DNA of 64,000 bases from Camelus ferus (Eukaryota), in assembly GCF_009834535.1 (NCBI RefSeq), contig NC_045696.1:110672001-110736000 (forward strand), in the 5' to 3' direction. The translations under genes and the position numbers were made by a program. The notes beneath the pieces are model-generated. The model was given only the letters and a program-made list of their open reading frames with translations. It made no database searches and was not told the origin of the DNA. This document shows, piece by piece, positions 1 through 11,337 of the stretch. How positions within the stretch are numbered: position 1 is the stretch's first letter; each line of letters opens with the position of its first letter.

Positions 1-61
1 ACAACCTGTTGCAAAGTAAAAATGTCCACAATGTTACTGAAAAAAAGCACAAGTACATAGT

Positions 62-191
62 ACAACTGAATATGCAGTGTGTATACAAATATACACATAG
101 TATGAATACGTACATGTATCATTCTGACAAATGAATATGTAGTGCGGACACAAATATATACTTGGCATGTCTATGTGCGTATATAATTTTG
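62..191. repeat. Diverged 65-bp tandem duplication (2 copies)
   Basis: 62-126 and 127-191 align without gaps with ~17 mismatches by hand count. Confidence 0.7.
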
Positions 192-1470
192 ATCACAGTC
201 TGAGAGGGTATTAATTGAAATACTATTAGCAGTTGTCTCTGGATGGTAAAAATATAGGTGATTTATTTGTTTCTTGTGTTTGTTCTGAACATCTCAATGT
301 TTCTTAAAAGATCACATGCTGCTTTCCAATCAGAAAACAGTATTTGTCAGGATTTCAGTATACATGAAGTAAGTCTGCCTTATACAGAAGTTGGCTCCAG
401 TCACTGGCTATGAATTTGACATGTGTGACTTACAGGGAAGCCAAAGTTGGCATTTTGGTTATAGCTGGCACTCATTAAATATTTCTGAATGAATGATAAT
501 ATATTGATGGATCAAGGTCGGAAATACACTTGCATATGGTCTGATGGTCCTTACTGTCCTTGGCTACTTCAAGCTCTGTAAGTGAGAGATATGGTACTTT
601 GGAAGCTAATATCAAGCACAGAACCCATTAACTGGAGGGGGGAAAATCAGCCTTTAGTTGCATATATACACTAAATATGCAAATAAGCTTTGATGTCTCA
701 AACAATCTAATGTCTATATGTAATTTTTTAAATAGCTGCTTAAGAGTATACTAACTCTGTGCTTATTATTTAGCTACTTATATTTATGAGCCACAAATGG
801 CAACTTTTTGATAAAAGGAACAAACATTCTTACATTTTATCCAAATTACTATGATAACCAAAGAATACACAAATTCAAAAGCCATTTAGACTGGCATCAT
901 CGTGAAACATCCACTATGCACGCTGATAATCATAGCCATGATCTCGTCCTCTAAAAAACAGAAGGCTAAAGCAAGCATCCTGCAGAAGGAATACCGTGTG
1001 CCCAACAATATTATGTCCTGATCATATGCACATTAGCATGAGAAACTAACTTTTGTTACCATATGTATTTGATACCACTTTGCTACGAACAACTAACTCC
1101 ATTAGATTTCCATATAAATTCAGTACCTAAAGATTTCAATACCATTAACACTATCCCCCCAAAAAAGAGGAAGAGAGAAAGAATGTTAGCTTTTCTTTTA
1201 AAATAAAGCTAACAAATAATGGAGGACCAGAAAAATTTATCTGCTCAAAATCCACTTACTTAAGAACTTCAAATTCTTAGTTTAATTATTGAGGATTATT
1301 TCTGCAATGAGTTTAATAAAACAAATTTCTAAATAAAGATTTAAAATTAATCTCCTTATCCAGAAAAATTGCATATTTCCCATAAACGACTAAAAGGTAA
1401 TTTTGTCAGCTCAAGTTAAAATAGCCAATCAACACTTATTAAGTTTAAGATTTCAAAATTGTTCTCTCAC

Positions 1471-1527
1471 CTCTATTATTGCCTTCATAACCAATCCAGC
1501 TCCCTTTATAATTGCCATGGAAGGATG
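1471..1527 (-). CDS. DNAJC13: DNAJC13 exon 16
   Basis: TTTAAAG| ... GAG|GTGAGA; 57 nt; HPSMAIIKGAGLVMKAIIE. Confidence 0.96.
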
Positions 1528-2296
1528 CTTTAAAATGGGGAGAAAAAGTATCACAGAATAAAAGAATTTTATTCCAACATAGAAGAAAAGAAATACATTC
1601 CAAAAGCTAAATACAGCCATTGCTCTTAAGAGGGATATACAATTTTATGCAAGATAAAAGCCATAAAATTAGTAAAGAATACATCTCAAAGTCAAGTCAC
1701 AGTCTAGTTAAAAATTTTAGGTGTTATTACAATACAGCTTTACGGATATTTAAAACATACAGCTTATAGTAGTAGGAAACAGCTGCAGCTGGCACTTATT
1801 TGAATAATACATATTCTACTTATCTGAATAATAAATATCAAACATTAAAGTAATATAAATTCACACTTATAATATAGTAAAAATATAAATATCATATACA
1901 TACACATATACATGTATACAATAAATAAATGCTATGTTTTCAATTGCTTATGAACTGCCCTGTTAAAACTCATCTTATTATTTGGGAACTTGTAAAAGAA
2001 AAGGGAACTTTGGGCCCACGACAGAAAAAAATGAGTTTTTCACTACTTATAAGGTAGAAAAGATGTGCAACAGTCAAATAGTGGTCAAAAGCCATCAACA
2101 AAGCTCTGTGTGAAACACCAAGAAATCTATGGAATTAAATAATATGATGATGTACTAGGCTGTATTTATTTATGTTACTACAGGCTTATTTATTTATATT
2201 ACTACAAAAGCGTACATGTATTATTTTAAAACCAAACTGATCCCAAAAGTGGTCCTCTCCAATTAGCAGTTATCTGATAAAAATATAAGCTCTCAC

Positions 2297-2452
2297 CTGA
2301 AAGAGTTTAAAGAGTGTTCGTCCATTGGATGCTACCATCTCCAAGAGCATATCAAACTGCTGCCCTTCCGTTGTCTCACTATATGGAGCACAGAGGGCAA
2401 AAGTAAGGAAGTCCAAGAGTGAGCTAATAACTAGGGCACCAGTCCCATGATC
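2297..2452 (-). CDS. DNAJC13: DNAJC13 exon 15
   Basis: TTTCAG| ... CAG|GTGAGA; 156 nt; [52 protein letters not shown]. Confidence 0.97.
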
Positions 2453-3175
2453 CTGAAACGAAGTAACATATTGCCTTGGCTTAGGACTGAGAGCTTCATT
2501 TAAAACATAGCAGTGATGGGTTTCTTTGTTATTCTATATGTAGAAGTAAATATCTAACTTCCCAACATGAGGTTCAAAGTACTTTCAACATACGTACTAC
2601 TCCAAGCAGTACTCGTTTCACTAATGTAGCAAATCCACTGCTTACCATATCTCAAAAGGAAACTAATTAAAATTCAGTCAAATTTCATGAGAATAACCAA
2701 GACTCCATAAACACATAACTAAATTACATACAGCATATAACTAAGGTTTATGTGTATTTGTATAAAAAGCAATCTTTGACAACACTTGCAATTTGTTCAT
2801 ATCCCTTCTAGATGTTATATAGACTGCCCATCTCCAAAACTGTTACCAATGACTGAGGAACAAAGACTTAGGCTAATTTTTTTAGAGCAACTTATTTCAA
2901 AATGACATTTTCAAAGAGTGAGAAAAAAAAAGCAAAAATCTGGACTATCACTGTAAAAAGCTAAAGGCTTTGCAACTTATCCTTTCCAGATAAATGGATA
3001 TAGTCCTAAAACAGAATATTTTATAATTAGTGTCCAAGCTGAACTGTGACCAGTACCAATCAAAGTTAAAGTTCACAATTAAAACAAACAAAAAAAACCT
3101 ATCCATGTTGCACTTCCAGATACCTTTCAATGACGTATGGTATCTCTAATTAAGACGAATTTAATTATAACTTAC

Positions 3176-3283
3176 CACATGGGAATTAAATTTGTCCAGT
3201 AAGTTTTCCAGAAACTTCTTTGAAGAGAGAAGAGAAGCTTTGTTTAGCTGTTCCTGTCTTAAGTCATAGTCATCATGCATGGG
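3176..3283 (-). CDS. DNAJC13: DNAJC13 exon 14
   Basis: CAATAG| ... GTG|GTAAGT; 108 nt; [36 protein letters not shown]. Confidence 0.96.
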
Positions 3284-3694
3284 CTATTGATTAAAAACAG
3301 TGATAATTCATGAGCAGTGACATTACACAAAAGGCATTTATAAAGAGTACTCATTAAACACTGGAAGAATTAAAATACTTTAAAGTTTAGGGCAGAAGAG
3401 GAAACTTGTGACATGACAAACAGGCAGAAGTGATGATTTCCCTTGGGTCTGAGACTTCATGGATAATCTGCCCAACAAGAAACTGCAGACAGCACTGCAC
3501 AAGGAACTCCCTTCAAAAGTCACAGACCTCTTTCTTAAAAGGCAGGTAACACCCATTCTTCCTTCTTCAATTTGATAATTTAAATTTAAAATGATAAAAA
3601 TTAACATTTAAAAGTACTAAAATTAGCAAATACTTCCTTGTCAAGAGGATCTCTTTTGACTGCTGAAATAAACTAAAAGCATAAAAAGGATTTC

Positions 3695-3915
3695 AGGATT
3701 TTAGGAGTAAAGATCAAATCCTGATTCTGCTACTGACTATGGGTGACCTTAGGCACAGTTAAATTATTTTAACTCTCCGAGTTTGATTTTCCTCAGCTGC
3801 AAAGTTGGAATAATAGTACTTATCCCATTGAGCTATTCTGAAGCTTAAATGAGATAATTCATGTAAAATACACAGCCAACATCTAATATGTAATGAGGGC
3901 TCAATGTGTTTACTT
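3695..3915 (+). mobile_element. MIR SINE
   Basis: MIR core gtgaccttaggca...tttcctcagctgcaaagttggaataatagtac...aaatgagataattcatgtaaa. Confidence 0.8.
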
Positions 3916-4199
3916 CTTACCGTTATTTTATGTTCCAGTTATTCCACTAACTTTTAATGGAATTACTTGTAGGAAAAACAGTACAACTCATTTTGGGGAA
4001 TTATTGCAAGGTTTTATACAAGTGATTACTTATGTTTATTCTATACCACTAAGTCTGCCTAAAACACTTCATATAAGGAGATAAAGTCCCATATACTATA
4101 CACAAAATTGGGATGAATCAGAAACTTCAGAGTTATACTGACCAGTTGCTTCCCCCCATCCCCATCAAGTTAGATCTTTATTTCTCAGCTTTCAAACAT

Positions 4200-4840
4200 G
4201 CCTTCTTTACCCCATATCTCAGCAGCTCATTTCTTACATGATAATTTGGTCTACCTGCCTCTAACCTGACCTGTAATCTACACTCCACATACCACCCATC
4301 AGCTTTCTAAAATTCAAACCTGGTATGTTACCACTCCCCTGTTGAAAAAATCTTTCAGCTGTTCCTTACTAAAGGGTACATATCTAATATTATCCAGACT
4401 CTCTGTCTGATGCAAAAGGCTTTTTGTGACTGTCTCTGAACACATCTCTAAGTGCAACTCCCAATCCCATGTGCCCCTAACATACATTATGCCCCAGTCA
4501 TATTCAATTATTTGCTGCTTCCCAAATATATGCTTTTAAAAGCCTTCTCACAGACAGAAAATACCTGTCTGCCTTTCAAGATTCAGATCAAGTGTAACAT
4601 CTTCCAGAAAGATTGGCCTAAAACATTTTATCTTCTCCTCACCACAAAACCAAAATTAAGTATTGCTTTTTAGGGATCCCATGGCTCCTAATACTTTATG
4701 TATACACATGCCTACCTTACCAGACTGTCACCAATTTCAAGGAAGAACTTGGTCTTAAAATCTATGTATTTCTAACACATAGCACAGTGCCAACTTTATA
4801 GGCTGTGCTAAACAAATGTTTATTTAAATAAGTAAATGGC
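4200..4840 (+). mobile_element. L2 LINE fragment (3' region)
   Basis: Degenerate L2-like pyrimidine-rich body ending gcacagtgcc...acaaatgtttatttaaataagtaaatg. Confidence 0.6.
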
Positions 4841-4960
4841 TATGAGACCAAGTTAGGAAATACAGAATTAAATTGGTACAATGAAAATCCAAGTTTGTGG
4901 AAATCTGAACCATCAGTCCACATAAGCAAAACCAGTCTCCTTAAAAGCTCTAGTACTTAC

Positions 4961-5060
4961 ACACATGAGGGCACAAAGCATATCGACAGCTGCATGGATT
5001 ACTCCATTGTTGCTCCTCTTGAGAGCTTTTACTACCTTCACTCCTAGACGCTCCCGAAAC
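4961..5060 (-). CDS. DNAJC13: DNAJC13 exon 13
   Basis: CCACAAG| ... TGT|GTAAGT; 100 nt; [33 protein letters not shown]. Confidence 0.97.
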
Positions 5061-5506
5061 CTTGTGGAACAAAAAAAAAACAAGCATACAGTAGCAATGT
5101 CAGAGTAGTATTGTATTATGTATTTTATTATTAAAATGTAATAAGCCATTTACGTTTCCATTGCTTTACTACAGCAATTACATACTTTGAATCCCACCCC
5201 TGGAACATAGTTTTCATAATAATTTTTCTCTTTGAGGGGAAGTTTTTTTTTTTTTTTAAGGTTAATTAAAACTAAAAGGCCTGTGGTTTTGCATTCAAAT
5301 TCACTAAAACAAGAGTCAGTAAAATCACGGGTGAATGGATAAATAAGTCAGTTCCATTCACCTTCCTTTTTTATTTCTCATGACTAAAAACTACTGTATC
5401 ACCATATTACAAAGTACTAGGCTTTAGTCTTTATATAGAGTTAAACTGCTAATTATTTGCTATTTTGACTTGTTCAAATTCTCTGAATAAAATGAAGACA
5501 ACTTAC

Positions 5507-5676
5507 TTTGGAAGCTGAGTAAAGGCTAGAAAACCAGCTTTGGAAGCCACAAGCCTCCTCACGGCCTGGAACTGACTCTCAAGTTCTGCATTTGAAGCAA
5601 CAACATCTCCCTCTTGGGACAATAACGCTGTTATGGCGTTATTGATCAGCTTTTCTTTGTTTTCTGAGAAGAGACC
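5507..5676 (-). CDS. DNAJC13: DNAJC13 exon 12
   Basis: ACCTAG| ... AA|GTAAGT; 170 nt; [56 protein letters not shown](K). Confidence 0.97.
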
Positions 5677-5762
5677 CTAGGTGAGGAAGAACATTTCAAA
5701 AAAGTTTCCACACCAAAAGTTAGTGACAGTCAGTGAACAAGTTATGATACAATTTATCTTAC

Positions 5763-5842
5763 ATCCTGCGTTACTGCGTGCAGAACTCCACTGTATGAGA
5801 TGTTAGCGTTGAACCGGAATACAGCATCTGCAAAGTTGCCAT
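5763..5842 (-). CDS. DNAJC13: DNAJC13 exon 11
   Basis: TTACAG| ... GAT|GTAAGA; 80 nt; (N)[26 protein letters not shown]. Confidence 0.96.
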
Positions 5843-5950
5843 CTGTAAGGAGACGAAAGGTTTAAGAAGATTTAGAGATCCGCACTGGAATTCTTGTATT
5901 ATTACTAAATAGACGGATGGAAATGCAATCACATTGAAGTCAATACTTAC

Positions 5951-6117
5951 TTGGAGGTGCAGCCAAGAATCTGAGATGAAGGCTCTCTACCTCCTCCTCA
6001 ACAGGCATGCTCAGTAACCCCCATCGCTGACCTTTATGAGTGGGTGTCATTTTTACACAAACATCTCTGTTACCAGAGGCTCTTACTCCATCCAGCAAAC
6101 TTGCTAATAAGGAATCT
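5951..6117 (-). CDS. DNAJC13: DNAJC13 exon 10
   Basis: GCGTAG| ... CCAA|GTAAGT; 167 nt; [55 protein letters not shown]. Confidence 0.97.
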
Positions 6118-6359
6118 CTACGCAAGGTTAAAAATAAAAAGACTTTAAAATGGATAACTAAGAGAAACTTTGATTCAGAAGGCAGCATCGGCCCTTTAGC
6201 AGGTAACCTGCTCAGAGGGGGCACTCTGGGGACAAGGGAAGCACAAAAGGACAGGGGCTCTAGGAGACAGTCTGATGCACCAAAACGAGCAATTCACTTT
6301 ACTGTCACATATTGTGCACAATTACTAAGGCACTGGAGCTTTACTGTTTTCCGTTATTT

Positions 6360-6611
6360 TTTAATTTTAAGATTATTTTTAACATGTTTACTGAGGTTAC
6401 AGTTTTATAAATCATAAAAGTCAATTAGAATGTACAGTTTGGTAATCTTTAATGAACTTATATAGCTGTGCAATCACCACCACAAACCAGTTTTGGTGTA
6501 CTTCCATCACTCCAAAACGTCTCCTTGTGCCCACCTGCAAAAAAACTCTCCAGCCTCAGGCAACTACTTAATCTGCTTCTGTCCCTATGGTTTCACTTTT
6601 TCAAGAAATTT
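6360..6611 (-). mobile_element. Ancient L1 (L1ME-like) 3' end, left part
   Basis: Antisense L1 3'UTR motifs (tgtacagtttgg...caatcaccacca...ccatcactcc...ctacttaatctgcttctgtc); continues at ~13722. Confidence 0.65.
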
Positions 6612-7228
6612 CATCAAGAAGATGAAAAGACAAGCCACAGGCTGGGAGCAAATATTTGCAAAAGACATATCTGATAAAGGACTATTACTCAAAATATACA
6701 AAGAACTCTTAGTTAAAATTCAGCAATAAGAAAAACAATCCAATTAAAAAAAAAAAAAGATCCTTAGCAGAGATTTCAACAAAGAAGATACACAGATGGC
6801 AAATAAGCTTATGGAAAGATGCTCTACATCATACGACATCAGGGAAATGATAATTAAAACAAGAAACCACTACACCAGTGTTAGAATGACCATCATCTGT
6901 AACAATGACAATACCAAATGCTGACAAGACTGTGGAGCAACAGGAACTTTCATTCATTGCCAGCTGGAATGCAAAATGATACAGCCACTTTTGGAAGACA
7001 GTTTGGCAGTTTCTTACAAAACTCAACATCCTCTTACCACATGACCACATTCCTTTGTATTTACCCAAAGGAGTTTAAAACTCACATACAAACAAAACCT
7101 GCACACAGATGTTTACAGGAGCTTCATTCATAACTGCCAAAACTTGGAGCAACCACAATGTCTTTCAGAGATGTGTAGATAAATAAACCAGACAATAGAA
7201 TATAATTCAGTGCTAAAAAGAAATAAAC
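6612..7228 (+). mobile_element. Older L1 (L1MC-like) ORF2 end/3'UTR, interrupted by the younger L1; terminal stub at ~13685-13721
   Basis: KRQATGWEQIFAKDISDKGLLLKIYKELL ORF2 C-terminal remnant. The stub CCTAAAACTACTCTAAAAATAAAGTCT resembles the end of the element at ~28555-28590. Confidence 0.75.
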
Positions 7229-9282
7229 TGGAGAGATCAAGATGACAGAACAGAAGGATGTGGAGCTCACCTCCTGCCATAAACACGTCAAAAATACACC
7301 TACACGTGGAACAATTCTCAAAGAATACCTACCGAGCTCTAGCAGATATCATACAATCAAAAGTGCAACAAAGAATACCACCTATTCGGGTATGACCAAA
7401 AGAAAAGAAAAAGAATCAGGACCCGGGCCCCTGGGAGGGAGCTGTGAAGGAAGGACGGTTCCCTCACCCTGGGAACCCCCTACAACAGCTGGGAGATCAG
7501 CCGGGGCAGAGGGGAGCTTCAGAGGCTCAGAGGAGAGAGTAGCAGCTGGCTTGTGGCAAAAAGAACAGAGAGAGACCAGGGCACACTGTCCTCAACACCG
7601 CCCTGCGCTCCCCAGCTCTAGACGTTTCTGCTGTTGTGTGCAGGAAATGGGTGCTGAAACTCGGGCTTCAGCAGACAGACCTGGGGAGACAACGGCTGTG
7701 TCAAGACAGCCCGAAGAGGCTGGAGCATGCCAGGCTGCAACTGGGAGTGGATGCAAGATGGAGCCTGAGTCAGGTATAAAAGTCCCATCATTAACAGGAG
7801 AACCGAAGGGCGGGCTGGGATCCCACCATAGCAGTCTCCTTCCTGGCGTGCCCACAGTGGCCATGGCTCTGCCCACATAAGCTCTGAGAGCAGGAAAGCG
7901 GATTCACCTCACCATCCACTGTAAATTCAGTGCCAGCAGGACATCCAAGCAGATTATTGGTCCTCTCACAGCTGGAGCAGGTCCTGTGTTAGCAGCTGCA
8001 GACACCACGGGTGCACACACAGAGGTGGGGCTAGCCTCCAGGCTGACTCCTTAGCTCCCATGGCAGGTCCCAGCACCTTACTCCAGTGGATCTATGCCAA
8101 TGGATCTGTGCTGGTGGCTTTGTGAGCACAGCACCATGAGGGGCATCTGAGCTGACTGCCTGCATTCCCATGGCTGAGGCAGGAGGAGAGGCAGTGCCAA
8201 CAACAGTGTACTCTGTGAGCATACACAATGGGTGACAGGTAACATCAGAGAGCACATGTCCCAGTGGACAGCTCAGAGGAACACGCAGTGGCACCTCTTC
8301 CAGCAGAAGCACTCCAGACCCACCTACCTCACACCACAGCTCAGAAAAGGATCTGACAGCTTCTACTCCAACAACTGGGGAACAGATGCTACTACCCATG
8401 ACAGGACTGTGACAACTACAGAGCTAAGACAAGGCCACCAACTCAACATCTAGTGCAGGATCTGGTCACCACAACATCAATCACGCCCTCTATCAAAGGG
8501 GTAACAGCCAGCACACAAGAAGAAAAAACTTTACAGGCACCCATACTAAAAACAGCCCTCACACAAAAAAAATGTTAGACTTACCCACACTACATAGGGA
8601 TGCTGCACATAAAACTAGCCCTTCAAGACCACAGTAGATAACTGCTTCTCTTAAATTCATAGAGCCAGAGAAATGGAAGAAAAATGAAGAAGCAGAGGAC
8701 CCACTTCCAATTAAAAGAACAAGAGAAATCCCTGAAAGAACAAACAATGAAACCGAACTCTCCAGTCTAACAGATATCAAGTTCCAAAAGGAGATAATAA
8801 AAATAATAAAGGAATTAAGAAAGGCTATCAATAAAATGCAGATCACTGTAACAATGAACTAGAAACTATAAAGAAGAGACAATTAAAATTAGAAAACTCA
8901 TTTGCAAAGACAAAAGTTGAGTGAAAGGCAATAAAAATGGCAAACTAAATAATGCAGAAGAATGAATATGTGATCTGGGAGACAGAATAATGGAAATCAC
9001 CCAATCAGAACAGCAGACAGAAAGACAAATTAAAAAAAAAAAAATGAAAGAAAGATACAAGACCTATGGGACAACATAAAGCAAGTCAATTATTATATAA
9101 CAGGGACTCCTGAAAGAAAAGAAAGAGAAAACAGGATTGAAAATGTGTTCGAAGAAATTATGGCTGAAAACTTCCCAAACCTAAAAAAGGAAACAGATAC
9201 CCAGGTTCCAAACAAGATGAGCCCAAAAAGACCTACACCAAGACATTTTATAATTAAGATGTCAAAAGTTAAAGAGGATTTT

Positions 9283-9396
9283 AATGCCTAGCATGCATGT
9301 GGTCCTGGGTTCAATCCCCAGTACCTCCATGAAAAATGATAAATAAGTGGATAAATCTAATTACCTCTCCTTCCCTCAAAAAATTAGAAATTAAAA
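9283..9396 (+). mobile_element. tRNA-Ala-derived SINE (vic-1-like), 5'-truncated, inserted in L1 ORF1
   Basis: gcatgcatgtggtcctgggttcaatccccagtacctcc, AT-rich linker, ctaattacctc core; flanked by repeated agaggatt. Confidence 0.85.
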
Positions 9397-10487
9397 GAGA
9401 GGATTCTAAAGGCAGCAAGAGAAAAACAGTTAGTCACAAGAGAACCCCCATAAGGCTATCAGCTGATTTCTCTACAGAAACATTGCAGGCCAGAAGGGAG
9501 TGGCAACATATATTCAAAGTCCAGGAAGGGAAAAACCTGCAACCTAGTATACTCTACCAAGCAATACTATATTTTAGAATAGATGGAGAAATAAACAATT
9601 TCTCAGACAAGCAAAAACTAAAATACAGCTATACCAAACCTATCCTAAAAGAAATACTGCATGGTATACCCTAAATAGAAAAACAAGAGTCTACAGGAAA
9701 AAGAAAAATCACAACTGGAAAAATGATAATAAACAGCAAAAGGATAAACATGAAGATGTAAAAGAGGATATCAAAATCATAAAATACGGCAGTAAGAAAA
9801 TGTAGTATTTTTTGTTTTTATTTTATTTTTTAAAGAATATGCTTGAGCTTATATGATGACCAGTCTAAAGCAAGGAGATACAGTAATGGGTAATACTTGA
9901 AAAACAGGGTAACCACAAATCAAAAACATACAGTAAAGGTACAAAAACCAACAAGAAGGGAACTCAAGCATAATACAAAAGAAAATCATCAAACCACAAA
10001 AGGAAAAACAAAAACAAAGGAACAAAGTAGAAATTTAAAATCAATTGGAAAACAATATTCAAAATGGCAATAAATACATATCTATCAATAATTACCTTAA
10101 ATGTCAATGGACTAAATGCTCAAATCAAAAAACGCAGATGGAAGACTGGATAATAAAATAGGAGTCTATAATATGCTGCCCACAAGAGACACACTTTAGG
10201 ACAAAGGACACACATTGAAAGTGAGGGGATAGAAGATGATATTTCATGCAAATGGAAATGACAAGAAGCAGTACTTCTATTAGACAAAACAGATTTTAAT
10301 AGTAAGATACTTTAACATCCCACTAACACTAATGGAGAGATCTTCCAGACAGAAAATCAATAAGGTAACAGAGATTCTAAATGACACAACAGAACAGTTA
10401 GATTTAACTGATATTTTCAGGACATCACATCCAAAACAAAAAACAAACAACAACAGCAACAAGAAAAACAGACTACACATTATTTTC

Positions 10488-10943
10488 TTTTTTTTTTTTT
10501 CTTTTTTTTTTGAAGGCTTACTCTGTGCCAGGCACTTTTCTTTTCTTTTTTTTTTTTTTAACATTTTTTATTGATTTATAATCATTTTACAATGTTGTGT
10601 CAAATTCCAGTGTTCAGCACAATTTTTCAGTTATTCATGGACATATACACACTCATTGTCACATTTTTTTCTCTGTGAGTTATCATAACATTTTGTGTAT
10701 ATTTCCCTGTGCCATACAGTGTAGTCTATTCTACAATTTTGAAATCCCAGTCTATCCCTTCCCACCCTCCACCCCCCTGGTAACCACAAGTCTGTATTCT
10801 CTGTCTGTGAGTCTATTTCTGTCCTTTATTTACGCTTTGTTTTTGTTTGTTTGTTTGTTTTTGTTTTTGTTTTGTAGATTCCACATATGAGCAATCTCAT
10901 ATGGTATTTTTCTTTCTCTTTCTGGCTTACTTCACTTAGAATG
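10488..10943 (-). mobile_element. 5'-truncated young L1 3' end with 14-bp TSD and a double poly(A) tail (3' transduction)
   Basis: Perfect TSD TACACATTATTTTC at 10474-10487 and 10944-10957. L1 3'UTR similar to the copies at 49652-50214 and ~57843-58050; two T-tracts separated by 24 bp. Confidence 0.9.
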
Positions 10944-11291
10944 TACACATTATTTTCAAGAGCACATGACACATTCGCTAAGACAGACAACATAGGACAC
11001 AAAACAGGCCTCAACATATTTAAGAGGATAAAAATTATTTCAAGCATCTTTTCTGACCAAAATGACATGAAGCTAGAAGTCAACCACAGAAAGAGAAACA
11101 AGAAAACAAAACAAAACAAATGATTATATGGAGACTAAACAACACGCTACTGAAGAACCAATGGGTCAATGTTGAAATCAAAGAGGAAATTAAAAAATAC
11201 CTTGAGACAAATGATAATGGAATCACAGCCATACAAAATCTATGGGATGCAGCAAAAGCAGTCCTAAGATGGAAGTTCACAGTGATACCAA

Positions 11292-11337
11292 AAAACAAAC
11301 AAACAAACAAACAAACAAACAAACAAACAAAAAAAAC
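11292..11337. repeat. (AAAC)n microsatellite inside L1 ORF2
   Basis: About 9 tandem AAAC units followed by an A-run. Confidence 0.9.
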
